Assembly (NCBI GenBank): GCA_963720975.1
Contig: CAVRHJ010000007.1
Span: forward strand, 417,995 to 481,994
Length of the DNA stretch: 64,000 nt
Direction: 5' to 3'
DNA from: an uncultured Solirubrobacteraceae bacterium
GTDB lineage: Bacteria; Actinomycetota; Thermoleophilia; Solirubrobacterales; Solirubrobacteraceae
Of the stretch, positions 9,511 to 19,494 are shown piece by piece. The translations under genes and the position numbers were made by a program. The notes under the pieces were generated by a model. It made no database searches. It was not told the DNA's origin and worked only from the letters and a program-made list of their open reading frames with translations. Every line of letters starts with the position of its first letter. Positions within the stretch are counted from its first letter, which is position 1.

Positions 9511-9614
9511 GGAGTCAGTGTAGGCAGGGCCGATATGCCGCTTCACGTCGCGGAGTTCGCCCCGGCGTGCCGATCGCCTCCATCGAGGCGCGGCCGCAAG
9601 ACGGCTGTCAGGCT

Positions 9615-11732
9615 CTATTGCGGGTCGACGTCCACGCTGAAGCTCACCTCGGTGTGCCCGCGGGCTCCGGCCACGCGTTGCACGGCCTCCCCCACCGCCG
9701 CCACCGCGGGGCGACGCTCCTGCGCCTTCACCATCAGCATCTGGCGCTCGCGCCCCCGCAGACGGAACAGGGCCGCGGGTCCGAGGATGTTGGCGTCGAT
9801 GCCTGCGAGCGCCTGTGCGAGGCAGTCGCCCAGCGCCACGGCTGCGTCGCGGGCATGGTGGGCCTCGACGGCCGAGCAGACGATCCTCACGAGGTGCGAG
9901 AAGGGCGGGTACCGTAGCGCTCGCCGGCGCTCGAGCTCGCCGCTGAGAAAGCCATCGCTGTCGTGACGCGCCGCATGGAGGATCGCGCGTGCGTCGGGCG
10001 CGATCGTCTGCACGAGCACGCGCCCGTGGCCGCCTCGCCCGGCGCGGCCTGCGAGCTGGGATATCAACGAGAAGGTGCGCTCCTCGGCGCGGAAATCGGG
10101 GAAGCGCAGCGTGGCGTCGGCGTCGAGCACCACCCCGAGACTCACGTCGGGGAAGTCGTGGCCCTTGGCGACCATCTGCGTACCGATCAGCACCCCGCAT
10201 TCGGCCGCCTCGAAGCGACGCAGCAGCCCGCCCACTCCAGTGTCATCATCGGCCGCTCGAGGAGCGCCATTTGAGCGCGCCTCGCCGGCGGGCACGCCGA
10301 GTGCCGCCGCGCCGGGCGCGCCGGCCGCGTCCGCGATCGCATCCGCGTCCAAACGGAAGACGGGAAACGCGCCGTCGTCGAGGACATGCTGCAGCTCGTG
10401 CTGCAGGCGTTCGGTGCCCGCTCCGTGGCGGGCGACCGCGGTCGAGGAGCAGTCGCCGCAGCGCGTCGGCATCGCCTCGCGGTGGCCACAGTGATGGCAG
10501 GCGACGTAGCCGCCTGAGCGGTGGAGCACGAGCGCTACGTCGCAGTCCGGGCAGCTCCAAACTCGCCCGCACGAGCGGCAGGAGAGGAAGTTCGACCAGC
10601 CGCGCCGGTTGAGCAGCACGATCGCCTTGCCGCGTGCGGCGCGCACCTCGGCTAGCGCCTGGGCGGTGAGCGGATGTAGCCCCTGGTTCTCGCCGCGCAT
10701 GTCGAGCACGTGCACGGCCGGCAGCGGACGACCGTCGACACGGCGTGGAAGCACGCAAGCGGGCAGGCGCAGGACGCTCTCCGGGCGCGGCGTCGCGCTG
10801 CCCAGAACCAAGACCGCGCCGCAGCGCTCGGCACGCTCGGCGGCGACGTCCCGGGCGTCGTAGCGTGGATCGCCCTCGTGCTTGTAGGAGGCGTCGTGCT
10901 CCTCGTCGACGACGATCAGGCCGAGGTCCGCGATCGGCGCGAACACCGCCGATCGGGGACCGACGCACACCCGCGCGTCTCCCTCGCGCAGGCGGCGCCA
11001 CTCGGCGTAGCGCTGTGCGGGCGTCAGACGCGAGTGCAGCACCGCGACGGTGTCGCCGAAGCGTTCCATGAAGCGCCCGACGATCTGCGGCGTCAGGGCG
11101 ATCTCGGGCACGAGAATGATCGCTCCGCGCCCCTGCTGCAGGGCGGCGTGCGCGGCCTGCAGGTAGACCTCTGTCTTGCCCGATCCGGTCACCCCGTGCA
11201 GCAGGCGCTGCTCTGCCCGCTGCGCGGCGATCGCCGCGACCAACGGCTCGAGCGCCAGCTGCTGATCGTCGGTCAGCTGCGGCGGGTGAGGGCTGCGCGC
11301 GCCCACCGTCAGATGGCGCGGACGCGCGACCGCGCGGCGTTTGCGCCCGCTCAGCCTGCGCGTGGCCTCCGGCGGCAGAACGAGACCGAGTGCGCGCGCT
11401 GTCGTCGAGCAGTACTCGGCGGCGATCCATTCCGCCAGCGCGACCAGATCGACGGGTACTCCGAGCTCGAGCGCCCGCAGCGGCGCGAGCAGCTTCTCCT
11501 CGGCGATCTCGCTGCTGTCGGCGAGGCCGACGACGACCCCGAGCACCTCGCGGCGGCCGAACGGCACGACCAGCATCGAGCCGACGTCCACCCCTCCACG
11601 CAACTCGTCCGGGAGGCGGTAGTCAAACGGCCCGCGCAGCGACCGGGTGGTGGTCATCGGCTCGATCCGAGCGATCCTCGCCGACGCCGCGAGCCCGGGG
11701 GGCTCGCCCTCGAGCTGAGCGGTGGTGGACAC
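9615..11732 (-). CDS. priA: Primosomal protein N'
   Basis: GVTGSGKT, DEEH, SATP, four CxxC, GTQMVAKGHDFP and QLAGRAGR. Confidence 0.96.
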   Translation of the reverse strand: MSTTAQLEGEPPGLAASARIARIEPMTTTRSLRGPFDYRLPDELRGGVDVGSMLVVPFGRREVLGVVVGLADSSEIAEEKLLAPLRALELGVPVDLVALAEWIAAEYCSTTARALGLVLPPEATRRLSGRKRRAVARPRHLTVGARSPHPPQLTDDQQLALEPLVAAIAAQRAEQRLLHGVTGSGKTEVYLQAAHAALQQGRGAIILVPEIALTPQIVGRFMERFGDTVAVLHSRLTPAQRYAEWRRLREGDARVCVGPRSAVFAPIADLGLIVVDEEHDASYKHEGDPRYDARDVAAERAERCGAVLVLGSATPRPESVLRLPACVLPRRVDGRPLPAVHVLDMRGENQGLHPLTAQALAEVRAARGKAIVLLNRRGWSNFLSCRSCGRVWSCPDCDVALVLHRSGGYVACHHCGHREAMPTRCGDCSSTAVARHGAGTERLQHELQHVLDDGAFPVFRLDADAIADAAGAPGAAALGVPAGEARSNGAPRAADDDTGVGGLLRRFEAAECGVLIGTQMVAKGHDFPDVSLGVVLDADATLRFPDFRAEERTFSLISQLAGRAGRGGHGRVLVQTIAPDARAILHAARHDSDGFLSGELERRRALRYPPFSHLVRIVCSAVEAHHARDAAVALGDCLAQALAGIDANILGPAALFRLRGRERQMLMVKAQERRPAVAAVGEAVQRVAGARGHTEVSFSVDVDPQ

Positions 11733-11757
11733 CGCCTGAGCCTAGAGTGCTACCCGG

Positions 11758-12975
11758 TCAGAGACCGCAAGCCGAGCGCAGCGCGTCTGCCTTGTCCGTG
11801 CGCTCCCACGTGAAGTCCTGATCGTCGCGGCCGAAGTGGCCGTACGCGGCGGTCTTCTGGTAGATCGGGCGGTGCAGTTTGAGCTCCTCCCTGAAGGCTC
11901 CCGGACGTAGGTCGAAGACCTGATCGACCGCCCGCGCGATCTGACCGCGGGTGCGACCCGCTCGCTCGGTGCCGAACGTCTCGACCATTACAGACACCGG
12001 GTGCGCCACGCCGATCGCGTATGCGACCTGCACTTCGGCGCGCTCGGCCAGCCCAGCCGCGACGATGTTCTTGGCCACCCAGCGTGCCGCGTAGGCGGCC
12101 GAGCGATCGACCTTCGAAGGGTCCTTGCCGGAGAACGCGCCGCCGCCGTGACGGGCCATCCCGCCGTAGGTGTCGACGATGATCTTGCGTCCGGTCAGCC
12201 CAGCGTCACCGACCGGCCCGCCGATCACGAAACGGCCGGTCGGGTTGACGAGGAAGTTCTTGCGCAGCTTGTCCGCGTCGTACAGCTCGCCTGGCAGGAT
12301 CGGCTCGACGACGTGCTGCCAGAGGTCCTCGGGAATCCGCGACTCCACGCCTTCTGCGTGCTGAGTGGAGATCAAGAGCTTTTCGATCTCGACCGGCTTG
12401 CCGTCTCGGTAGCGCACGCTGACCTGCGTCTTGCCGTCCGGGCGCAGGTAATCGAGCGTGTCATCCTTGCGAACCGCCGCCAAACGCTCGGCGAGACGAT
12501 GCGCGAGCGAGATCGGCAGCGGCATCAACGTCTCTGTCTCGCTTGTCGCGTAGCCAAACATCATGCCCTGGTCTCCGGCGCCGGCGACGTCGAGCTCGTC
12601 TTTGTCGCTCGCATCGGTGCGCGTCTCGTAGGCCTTGTCGACCCCCTGTGCGATGTCGCTCGACTGCTTGTCGATCGCGTTGAGCACCGCGCATGAGTCC
12701 GCCGAGAAGCCGAGGTCGGCGTCGGTGTAGCCGATCTTGCGCACGGTCTCGCGCGCGACCTCCTGGATGTCTACGTAGGTGTCGGTGGAGATCTCCCCGG
12801 AGACCACGATCAGGCCGGTGTTCACGAGCGTCTCGCACGCCACGCGCCCGTAGGGATCATCGGTCAGGACGGCGTCGAGAACCCCGTCGGAGATCTGGTC
12901 GGCGATCTTGTCCGGATGGCCCTCCGTGACCGACTCGGAGGTGAACAGGAACTCGTTCTCGGTTAGCTCAGTCAT
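11758..12975 (-). CDS. metK: S-adenosylmethionine synthetase
   Basis: [30 protein letters not shown] and GGGAFSGKD. Confidence 0.98.
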   Translation of the reverse strand: MTELTENEFLFTSESVTEGHPDKIADQISDGVLDAVLTDDPYGRVACETLVNTGLIVVSGEISTDTYVDIQEVARETVRKIGYTDADLGFSADSCAVLNAIDKQSSDIAQGVDKAYETRTDASDKDELDVAGAGDQGMMFGYATSETETLMPLPISLAHRLAERLAAVRKDDTLDYLRPDGKTQVSVRYRDGKPVEIEKLLISTQHAEGVESRIPEDLWQHVVEPILPGELYDADKLRKNFLVNPTGRFVIGGPVGDAGLTGRKIIVDTYGGMARHGGGAFSGKDPSKVDRSAAYAARWVAKNIVAAGLAERAEVQVAYAIGVAHPVSVMVETFGTERAGRTRGQIARAVDQVFDLRPGAFREELKLHRPIYQKTAAYGHFGRDDQDFTWERTDKADALRSACGL

Positions 12976-13052
12976 GTCTTGCTGGATCAGCTCCGGAGTA
13001 GTCGCGCGGCACGGGTGCTCGCCGCGGGCAGGTTGGCGAAAGTCGCAGAAGT

Positions 13053-14405
13053 CTATGCGGCGCGGGCACGGGCGCGCTGGCCGCGCTCGACGAAGTCGAT
13101 GATCAGCGGCACGCCGTCCATCCCATAGCGGGCGCGCAGCCGGTTCTCGACGAAGTACGCGTAGTCGCGCGTGACTCGTGTACGCGAGTTGACCTGGATC
13201 GCGAAGCGCGGCGGGCGCTCGCCGATCTGGGTCATGTAGATCAGTTTCAGGCGATGCCCGCCGGCGCCACGGCGGGTGCCGACCGGCGGCTGGCGCGCCT
13301 GGACGGTCTCGGACAGGAAGCGGTTGAGCTCCGGGGTGGGGATGCGCCCGGACATGCGGTCGCCCAGCGCAATCGCCTCGCTCAGCAGGCGCGAGGCGTG
13401 CCTGCCGGTCTTTGCGCTGACGGTCAGGACGCGCGGACGCAGCCGCAGCTTTTCGGCCACGCGCGCTCGCTCGTGCTCGAGATCGACACCAACGCCCTCA
13501 GCATCCTCGCCGCGCTCCTGCATGTCCCACTTGTTCAGCACGATCGCGGTGGCGCACCCAGCCTTCATCGCGAGCTCGGCGACGCGCAGATCCTGTGCGG
13601 TGACGCCGTCCCCGGCGTCGCACACGACGAGCGCGACATCCGCGCGCTCGGCCGCGCGCTGGGAGCGCAGCGCCGTGTAGTACTCGACTGAGTCGGCGAC
13701 CTTCGACTGGCGGCGCATGCCGGCGGTGTCGACGAGGATCAGCTTTCGCTCACCGACCATCAAAGGCGTGTCGATCGCGTCCCGCGTCGTGCCGGCGAGA
13801 TCGGAGACGATCACGCGCTCCTCGCCGAGAAAGCGGTTCACCAGCGAGGACTTGCCGACGTTGGGCCGACCGATCACGGCCAGCCGGACCGTGTCGTCCG
13901 GCTCTGCGACATCGCCCGCCGGCAGCAGCTCGACTATCCGATCGAGCAGATCCCCCGAGCCGAGGCCCTGCGCCGCGGATACCGCCATCGGCTCGCCGAG
14001 GCCGAGCCGATGAAACTCACTCGCGAGCGGCACCTCGACGACGCTGTCGCACTTGTTGGCAGCGACGATCGTCGGCAGCGGCGCGCGGCGTAGGAGGTCC
14101 GCCATCTCCTCATCGCCCGGCCGGACCCCCGCGCGCGCGTCGACGACCAGCACCCCGACGTCGGCGTCGGCGATTCCCGCCCGGGCCTGGTCGCGGATTG
14201 AGCCGGCAAGCGGATCTTCGTCCTGGAAGTCCACGCCCCCGGTGTCGATCAGCGTGAAGCGGCGCCCGTTCCACTCGCAGTCGAGCTCCTTGCGATCGCG
14301 GGTCACTCCCGGGCGCTCGTGCACGACCGCCTCGCGGGTGCCCGTCAGACGGTTGATCAGCGAGGACTTCCCCACGTTTGGATATCCGACAATCGCGACC
14401 TTCAT
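13053..14405 (-). CDS. der: Ribosome biogenesis GTPase Der (EngA)
   Basis: Two tandem G domains ([16 protein letters not shown] and [16 protein letters not shown]) plus KH-like tail. Confidence 0.97.
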   Translation of the reverse strand: MKVAIVGYPNVGKSSLINRLTGTREAVVHERPGVTRDRKELDCEWNGRRFTLIDTGGVDFQDEDPLAGSIRDQARAGIADADVGVLVVDARAGVRPGDEEMADLLRRAPLPTIVAANKCDSVVEVPLASEFHRLGLGEPMAVSAAQGLGSGDLLDRIVELLPAGDVAEPDDTVRLAVIGRPNVGKSSLVNRFLGEERVIVSDLAGTTRDAIDTPLMVGERKLILVDTAGMRRQSKVADSVEYYTALRSQRAAERADVALVVCDAGDGVTAQDLRVAELAMKAGCATAIVLNKWDMQERGEDAEGVGVDLEHERARVAEKLRLRPRVLTVSAKTGRHASRLLSEAIALGDRMSGRIPTPELNRFLSETVQARQPPVGTRRGAGGHRLKLIYMTQIGERPPRFAIQVNSRTRVTRDYAYFVENRLRARYGMDGVPLIIDFVERGQRARARAA

Positions 14406-14442
14406 CAGGCCAGTATGACTGGCGTGGGCGCCTGCTCGGACC

Positions 14443-14801
14443 TCAGGCGAGCGTGGAGCCGGGGAGGCCGAGGATCAACGACAGTGCTCGGTCGATCTCG
14501 CCGAGGGTCTCCGGCGCGAGTGAGCCAAGGTGGCGCAGCATTCCTGCTCGGGAGACCGAGCGAATAGCACGGCAGATCGCACGACTCTGTCGATCGACGC
14601 CCGCCAGCCGCGGCACCTCCGGACGTAGCGCCGAGGGAGCACGCGAGCTCGACAGCGGCACGACCACGATCAGATCGTCGGCTGTGCCGCTGTTCAGCGC
14701 GTCGACGGAGACCACGACCGCCGGACGATTCTTCCCCGGCTCGCCATCCTTCCCGCCCCAAACGAGACGAGCCACACCTCGCCGCGGCGCGGTTCAGTCA
14801 A
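14443..14801 (-). pseudogene. mazF: MazF/PemK toxin (MazF7-like) with 1-nt frameshift
   Basis: TTG 14801 gives MTEPRRGEVWLVSFGAG; the rest (KDGEPGKNRPAVVVSV...LSLILGLP) is in the -1 frame. Span is 359 nt, and one G appears to be missing at 14752-14759. Confidence 0.85.
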
Positions 14802-14901
14802 GGCCATCGACCAGAACGCTCTCCCATACACGGTCCTCGACGCCGACATCGCCGCTCTGGGCGTCGCGAACGCTGGCCTCGCGCTCGGAGCGCCAGATCG
14901 C
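14794..14901 (-). pseudogene. mazE: C-terminal fragment of a MazE7-like antitoxin with no start codon
   Basis: AIWRSEREASVRDAQSGDVGVEDRVWESVLVDGLD*, ending in overlap with the toxin start. An in-frame stop lies a few codons upstream and no N-terminal DNA-binding half is present. Confidence 0.7.
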
Positions 14902-14938
14902 TATGGCCCGGCAATAGCACTATGGCCCGGCGATAGCG
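14900..14938. repeat. 19-bp tandem repeat, each unit an imperfect palindrome
   Basis: ctatggcccggcaatagca / ctatggcccggcgatagcg, with (G)CTAT-N9-ATAGC symmetry. Confidence 0.85.
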
Positions 14939-15584
14939 ACCTCATTAGCTCGACGATGCGCGCGACGACCTGCTCGACGCTCAGGCCGGTGGTGTCGAGC
15001 GTGACGGCGTCGGCTGCGGAGTGCAGGGGACTGTGCGTGCGCGTGCTGTCGCGCTCGTCGCGCATGGCCTGCTCGGCGAGCACCATCGCGACGTCGGCGC
15101 CGAGCTCGCGTGCGCGCCGCGACGCCCGCTCGCGCGGGTCGGCCGTAAGGAACACCTTGAGCTCGGCGTCAGGCGCGACCACGGTGCCGATGTCGCGCCC
15201 CTCGGCGACCCAGTTGCCGCTGGCAATCAGCTCGCGCTGCTTGGCGACGAGCGCCTCGCGTACGTCAGGGTCGGCAGCCAGGACGGACGCGGCATCGCTG
15301 ACCTCGGGGGCACGGATCGCGTCGGTCACATCACGCCCGTCGAGCAGCACCCGGCGCGACTCGGCAGTCGGCCCGCCGCCGGGATCGATCGCGACCCCTC
15401 GAGCGATCTCACCGAAGATCGCCGGGCGCTGCGGCAGCACGCCCGACCCCTGCTCGAGCGCCGCCAGCGCCACGCTGCGGTACATCGCGCCACTGTCGAG
15501 GAAGGTAAAGCCCAGCTGACCCGCGAGCGCCCGCGCAACCGTTGACTTGCCCGCGCCGGCGGGACCGTCGATCGCTACGAGCAC
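14901..15584 (-). CDS. cmk: Cytidylate kinase
   Basis: AIDGPAGAGKST, LDSGAMYR, EGRDIGTVV and RDERDSTR. Confidence 0.96.
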   Translation of the reverse strand: MLVAIDGPAGAGKSTVARALAGQLGFTFLDSGAMYRSVALAALEQGSGVLPQRPAIFGEIARGVAIDPGGGPTAESRRVLLDGRDVTDAIRAPEVSDAASVLAADPDVREALVAKQRELIASGNWVAEGRDIGTVVAPDAELKVFLTADPRERASRRARELGADVAMVLAEQAMRDERDSTRTHSPLHSAADAVTLDTTGLSVEQVVARIVELMRSLSPGHSAIAGP

Positions 15585-16870
15585 AGCTTCGAGAGGTCCT
15601 CGACGAAGCCCGGGTAGGACACCGCGGCGGCCTCCATGCCGAGGACCTCGACCCCCTCGCGCGAGGCGAGCCCGGCGACCGCGCCCAGCATCGCCATGCG
15701 GTGGTCGCCGTGGGCGTCGATCGTGCCGCCGCGCAGGCCACCGGTGCCGCGAACCTGGAAACCGTCCTCGCTGGCCTCGATCTCGGCACCGAGCCCGCGC
15801 AGCCCGTCGACGACCTCCGCGATCCGGTCTGTCTCCTTGACGCGCAGCTCCTGCGCACCGCGCACGACCGTCTCACCCTCGGCGAAGCAGCCGAGCAGTG
15901 CGACCAGCGGTAGCTCGTCGATCGCAAGCGGGACCTCGTCGGGCTCGACGGTCGTCCCCTCGAGCGACCCGTGGGCGACGTCGAGGTCGCTGACCGGCTC
16001 CTCGCCGACGAGCTCGCCGCTCTCGTCCTCGAGATCGCCGAGCACGATGCCGCGCATGCGGCGCACGATCCGCAGGAAGCCCGTACGCGTCCAGTTCACA
16101 CCGACATCGCTGATCAACAGCCGAGAGCCGGGCACGAGTACGCAGGCGGCGATCATGAACGCAACCGAGCTCGGGTCGCCTGGTACACGAACGCGGTCGA
16201 GCAGCAGCTCATCGGTGTTCACGACCGTGACGTGTGTGCCGTTGCGATGGATTGTCACGCCCGCGCGCAGCAGCATCCGCTCGGTGTGATCGCGGCTGCG
16301 GGCCGGCTCGCCAACCGTCGTGGCGCCGTCGGCGGCGAGCGCCGCAAGCAGGATGCACGACTTGACCTGGGCGCTGGCGACGTCGAGCTCGTAGGAGATC
16401 GCGCGCAGCCGCGCGCCACGAACTTCGAGCGGCGTGAAACGCCCCTCGCGCGCCTGTAGATCCGCCCCCATCTGGCTCAGTGGCGTGGCGATTCGATTGA
16501 CCGGGCGACGGCGGATCGACTCGTCGCCGTCGAGCACGAACGAGCGCCCCTCCTGTGCCGCGAGCCAGCCGGGGAGTAGTCGCAGCAGTGTGCCGGCGTT
16601 GCCGACGTCGATCGTGGCGTCGGGCTCGCGCGCCTCGCGCAGACCAGTGCCGCGGATCACCAGATCCTCGCCGTGGATCTCCACGAGCGCCCCGAGTGCG
16701 CGCACCGCATCGAGTGTCGAGCTGGTGTCGGCGGCGTGTAGATAGCGCTCGATCCGCACTGGTTCGGAGGCCATCGCGCCGAGCAGCGCGGCGCGATGCG
16801 AGATCGACTTGTCGGCCGGCGCGGTTATCTCGCCGGAAAGTCCGCGGGCGGGCTCGAAGCGCATGTTCAT
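15575..16870 (-). CDS. aroA: 3-phosphoshikimate 1-carboxyvinyltransferase (EPSP synthase)
   Basis: DKSISHRA, GNAGT, SAQVKS, RDHTERML, ELRVKETDR and DHRMAM. Start placed at 16870. Confidence 0.96.
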   Translation of the reverse strand: MNMRFEPARGLSGEITAPADKSISHRAALLGAMASEPVRIERYLHAADTSSTLDAVRALGALVEIHGEDLVIRGTGLREAREPDATIDVGNAGTLLRLLPGWLAAQEGRSFVLDGDESIRRRPVNRIATPLSQMGADLQAREGRFTPLEVRGARLRAISYELDVASAQVKSCILLAALAADGATTVGEPARSRDHTERMLLRAGVTIHRNGTHVTVVNTDELLLDRVRVPGDPSSVAFMIAACVLVPGSRLLISDVGVNWTRTGFLRIVRRMRGIVLGDLEDESGELVGEEPVSDLDVAHGSLEGTTVEPDEVPLAIDELPLVALLGCFAEGETVVRGAQELRVKETDRIAEVVDGLRGLGAEIEASEDGFQVRGTGGLRGGTIDAHGDHRMAMLGAVAGLASREGVEVLGMEAAAVSYPGFVEDLSKLCS

Positions 16871-16880
16871 CGGGCAGCCC

Positions 16881-18047
16881 TCATGCTCGCACGACTGGGA
16901 AACCGAGGCCGGCGACGAGCTGGCGCGCGCGCTCGAATGGCTCCTCGCCTGCGATCCACAGCGACACGACACCCTGGCTGTTGTCCTGTGACGGGGACAG
17001 CACCATGTCGAGGATGTTCACGCCGGCGTCACCGAGCGCGAGTGCGATCTCGGCGATCACCCCCGGACGGTTGGGCACCGACGCGCGCAGCTCGCTAACC
17101 GACTCCCCCTCCGCGCCACCGGCGAGGCCGGCGCCGAGCAGCGCCTCGTGGTCGACGCGCGCACGCTCGTTCCAGCTCGTCAGCGCCACAGCCTGGCCCG
17201 TGGCGAGCCACGCGCGCACCTCCTGCAGACGCACTGCGAACTCGTCGATCCCGGCGATCAGCGCCTCGCGGTTGGACATGTAGATGTCGGTCCAGATCGC
17301 GCTGTTGGCGCCGGCAACGCGCGTCGCGTCGCGGAAGCTCGGGCCAACGGCCGGCAGCCGCTCGAACGTCCCGCCCGGCCGTTCGTCTGCCGCCGCAGGC
17401 TCCCCGTCGCTCGCTGCGGGGCTTTCAGCGCGGGGAGCGAGCAGTTCGGCTGCCTGGGCGACGAGCAGGTTCGCGAGCACGTGCGGAAGGTGCGAGACGC
17501 ATCCCATCAGCCGGTCGTGTGTCTCGGCGTCGATCGCCTGCGGCCGCGCTCCGAAGCGGCTCAGCAGCCGGTGTAGGCGCTCGTAGAGCACGCCGGCCGT
17601 ACTCCCTTTCGCCGGCGTCAGGTACCACGTAGAACCGTCGAATAGATCCTCGCGGGCATGCTCGACGCCAGCGGTCTCGGCGCCTGCCAGCGGGTGTCCG
17701 CCGACGAAGCGCTCATCGCAGCCGGCATCGGTACCCTGAAGGGCACAGGCGAGCACACGCTTGGTCGAGCCGACGTCGGTGACGACGCAGTCCGCCCCGG
17801 CGCCGGCGAGCGCCAGGCCCACCGTCTCAGCGAGCGCCCCCACGGGGGTCGCGACGAACACCACGTCGGCGCCGTCGACAGCCGCGGCTACATCCGCGGC
17901 CTGTGTGCCGATCGCGCCCAGCTCCAGCGCCCTCGCGCGCACGCGCTCGTCCGGGTCATATCCGCAAACCTCGGCGTCAGCGCGAGCTCGCGCGGCCAGG
18001 CCGATCGAGCCGCCGATCAGCCCGACGCCGAGGATCGCCACCTTCAA
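16881..18047 (-). CDS. tyrA: Prephenate/arogenate dehydrogenase with C-terminal ACT domain
   Basis: GVGLIGGS, TDVGSTK, FVGGHPLAG, HDRLMGCVSHLPH; ACT motif VPNRPGVIA. Confidence 0.93.
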   Translation of the reverse strand: MKVAILGVGLIGGSIGLAARARADAEVCGYDPDERVRARALELGAIGTQAADVAAAVDGADVVFVATPVGALAETVGLALAGAGADCVVTDVGSTKRVLACALQGTDAGCDERFVGGHPLAGAETAGVEHAREDLFDGSTWYLTPAKGSTAGVLYERLHRLLSRFGARPQAIDAETHDRLMGCVSHLPHVLANLLVAQAAELLAPRAESPAASDGEPAAADERPGGTFERLPAVGPSFRDATRVAGANSAIWTDIYMSNREALIAGIDEFAVRLQEVRAWLATGQAVALTSWNERARVDHEALLGAGLAGGAEGESVSELRASVPNRPGVIAEIALALGDAGVNILDMVLSPSQDNSQGVVSLWIAGEEPFERARQLVAGLGFPVVRA

Positions 18048-18072
18048 GGAGCGTGTCCCATGGCGCGCCCCA

Positions 18073-19107
18073 TCAGACCGCGCTGAGCGCCTTCCCGGCG
18101 AGCGCGGCGGCCTGCTCGACGGCGAGCGCGTAGGACGCGAAGTCCTCCGCTCTCAGCGCCTGGGGCCCGTCGCAGATCGCCTCGTCAGGGTTCGGGTGAA
18201 CCTCGACGATGATGCCGTCCGCTCCGACCGCTGCTGCGGCCAGCGACAGCGGCGTCACCAGATCGCGCCGGCCGGCCGCGTGGCTCGGGTCGACGATCAC
18301 CGGCAGATGCGTGAGCTCCTTCAGCACCGGCACGGCCATCAGATCGAGCGTGAAGCGGTAGGCGGTCTCGAACGTGCGGATCCCCCGCTCGCAGAGCATC
18401 ACGTTGGGGTTGCCTTCCTTGAGGATGTACTCGGCCGCCATCAGCAACTCATCGAGCGTCGCCGACAGCCCACGCTTCAGCAGCGCCGGACATCCGGAGC
18501 GGCCGATCTCGGCGAGCAGCGGGTAGTTCTGCATGTTGCGCGCGCCGATCTGGATCACGTCCGCGACCTCGAGCACTGCGTCCAGATCGCCGATGTCCAT
18601 CAGCTCGGTGACGATCGGCAGCCCCGTCTCGGCCTTCGCCTCGGCGAGCAGCCGCAGGCCCTCCTGGCCGAGTCCCTGGAAGGCGTACGGGGAGGTGCGC
18701 GGCTTGTACGCGCCGCCGCGCAGCAGCGTCGCGCCGGCATCGCGCACGACGCGGGCGGTCTGCATCATCTGATCGCGCGACTCGACCGTGCACGGCCCGG
18801 CGATCATCGCGAAATGCTCGCCACCAACCTTGCGCCCGTCGATCTCGAGAACGCTGCGCTCACCGTGTTTGATCTGCGCGGAGGCGAGCTTGTACGGCTT
18901 GAGGATCGGCACGACACGATCGACGCCAGGCTGGCCTTCCAGGCCGAGGCCCTGGACGGTCACGTCCTGCTCGACGTCGCCGATCGCACCGATCACCGTC
19001 ACGCGCGCGCCCTGACTGCGGTGGGCGAGCGCGCCGGCACGCTCGATCTTCTCGACGACCGCCTCGACCTCCTCATCGGTCGCGGTCTCCTTCATAACGA
19101 TCATCAT
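18073..19107 (-). CDS. aroF: DAHP synthase, class I-beta, with N-terminal regulatory domain
   Basis: [40 protein letters not shown] and DPSHA; AAAGGA RBS. Confidence 0.95.
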   Translation of the reverse strand: MMIVMKETATDEEVEAVVEKIERAGALAHRSQGARVTVIGAIGDVEQDVTVQGLGLEGQPGVDRVVPILKPYKLASAQIKHGERSVLEIDGRKVGGEHFAMIAGPCTVESRDQMMQTARVVRDAGATLLRGGAYKPRTSPYAFQGLGQEGLRLLAEAKAETGLPIVTELMDIGDLDAVLEVADVIQIGARNMQNYPLLAEIGRSGCPALLKRGLSATLDELLMAAEYILKEGNPNVMLCERGIRTFETAYRFTLDLMAVPVLKELTHLPVIVDPSHAAGRRDLVTPLSLAAAAVGADGIIVEVHPNPDEAICDGPQALRAEDFASYALAVEQAAALAGKALSAV

Positions 19108-19115
19108 CTACTCAT

Positions 19116-19330
19116 CCTTTCACTGACGCCTGGGCATGTTAGAGGTGCTGTCCGTCACCGAGATCGAGGCCGTCGGGGGGCCTGCGACGTTCGGACCGTG
19201 AGAGGTGCGCTGGGAGCACCCGCAGGGGTGGCGCTCGGTCCCCGCTCGGGACCCGGTGCGGCCGCCGTCACCCGCTCACGGACGGGCAGAGGCCGAAGCG
19301 CCTAGCTAAATCGCCAGGCGCGATAGGCGC
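19116..19330 (-). promoter_or_regulatory. Structured leader RNA between the leader ORF and aroF
   Basis: 7-bp stem GCGCCTA/TAGGCGC (19324-19330 with 19298-19304) with inner ATCGC/GCGAT; further stems CCGTC/GACGG, GGTCCC/GGGACC and CACCC/GGGTG. No U-tract. Confidence 0.55.
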
Positions 19331-19394
19331 AGCGAGACGACCACGCAGCTTCTACGCGAGAGATCGAGGCGGATGTTCTGCTCGATGTGCTCAT
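19302..19394 (-). CDS. Putative attenuation leader peptide of aroF (30 aa)
   Basis: Hand-translated MSTSSRTSASISRVEAAWSSRCAYRAWRFS*. W18, Y24, W27 and F29 cluster before the stop. Confidence 0.7.
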   Translation of the reverse strand: MSTSSRTSASISRVEAAWSSRCAYRAWRFS

Positions 19395-19494
19395 GGCCGT
19401 CCCAGCTTTTTAGCAGACGCGCGGCACGTAGTCGAGCGGTGAGAGACGATTCGGCTGGACGCGCGGTCAGCTACGGACAGGCGCTAGGGCCCAC

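Noticed and set aside
6407-10200. Long track ORFs 6407-8347 (646 aa) and 7144-10200 (1018 aa) as full-length genes
   Set aside because: These are upstream run-on frames in GC-rich DNA; only the def and S53 portions have protein-like sequence.
12976-13052. SAM riboswitch upstream of metK
   Set aside because: Only 77 bp; short GC stems are present but match no SAM riboswitch consensus I can recognise. An Rfam scan would settle it.
14405-14761. 118-aa minus-strand ORF next to der
   Set aside because: Alternate frame of the mazF region with no coding signature.
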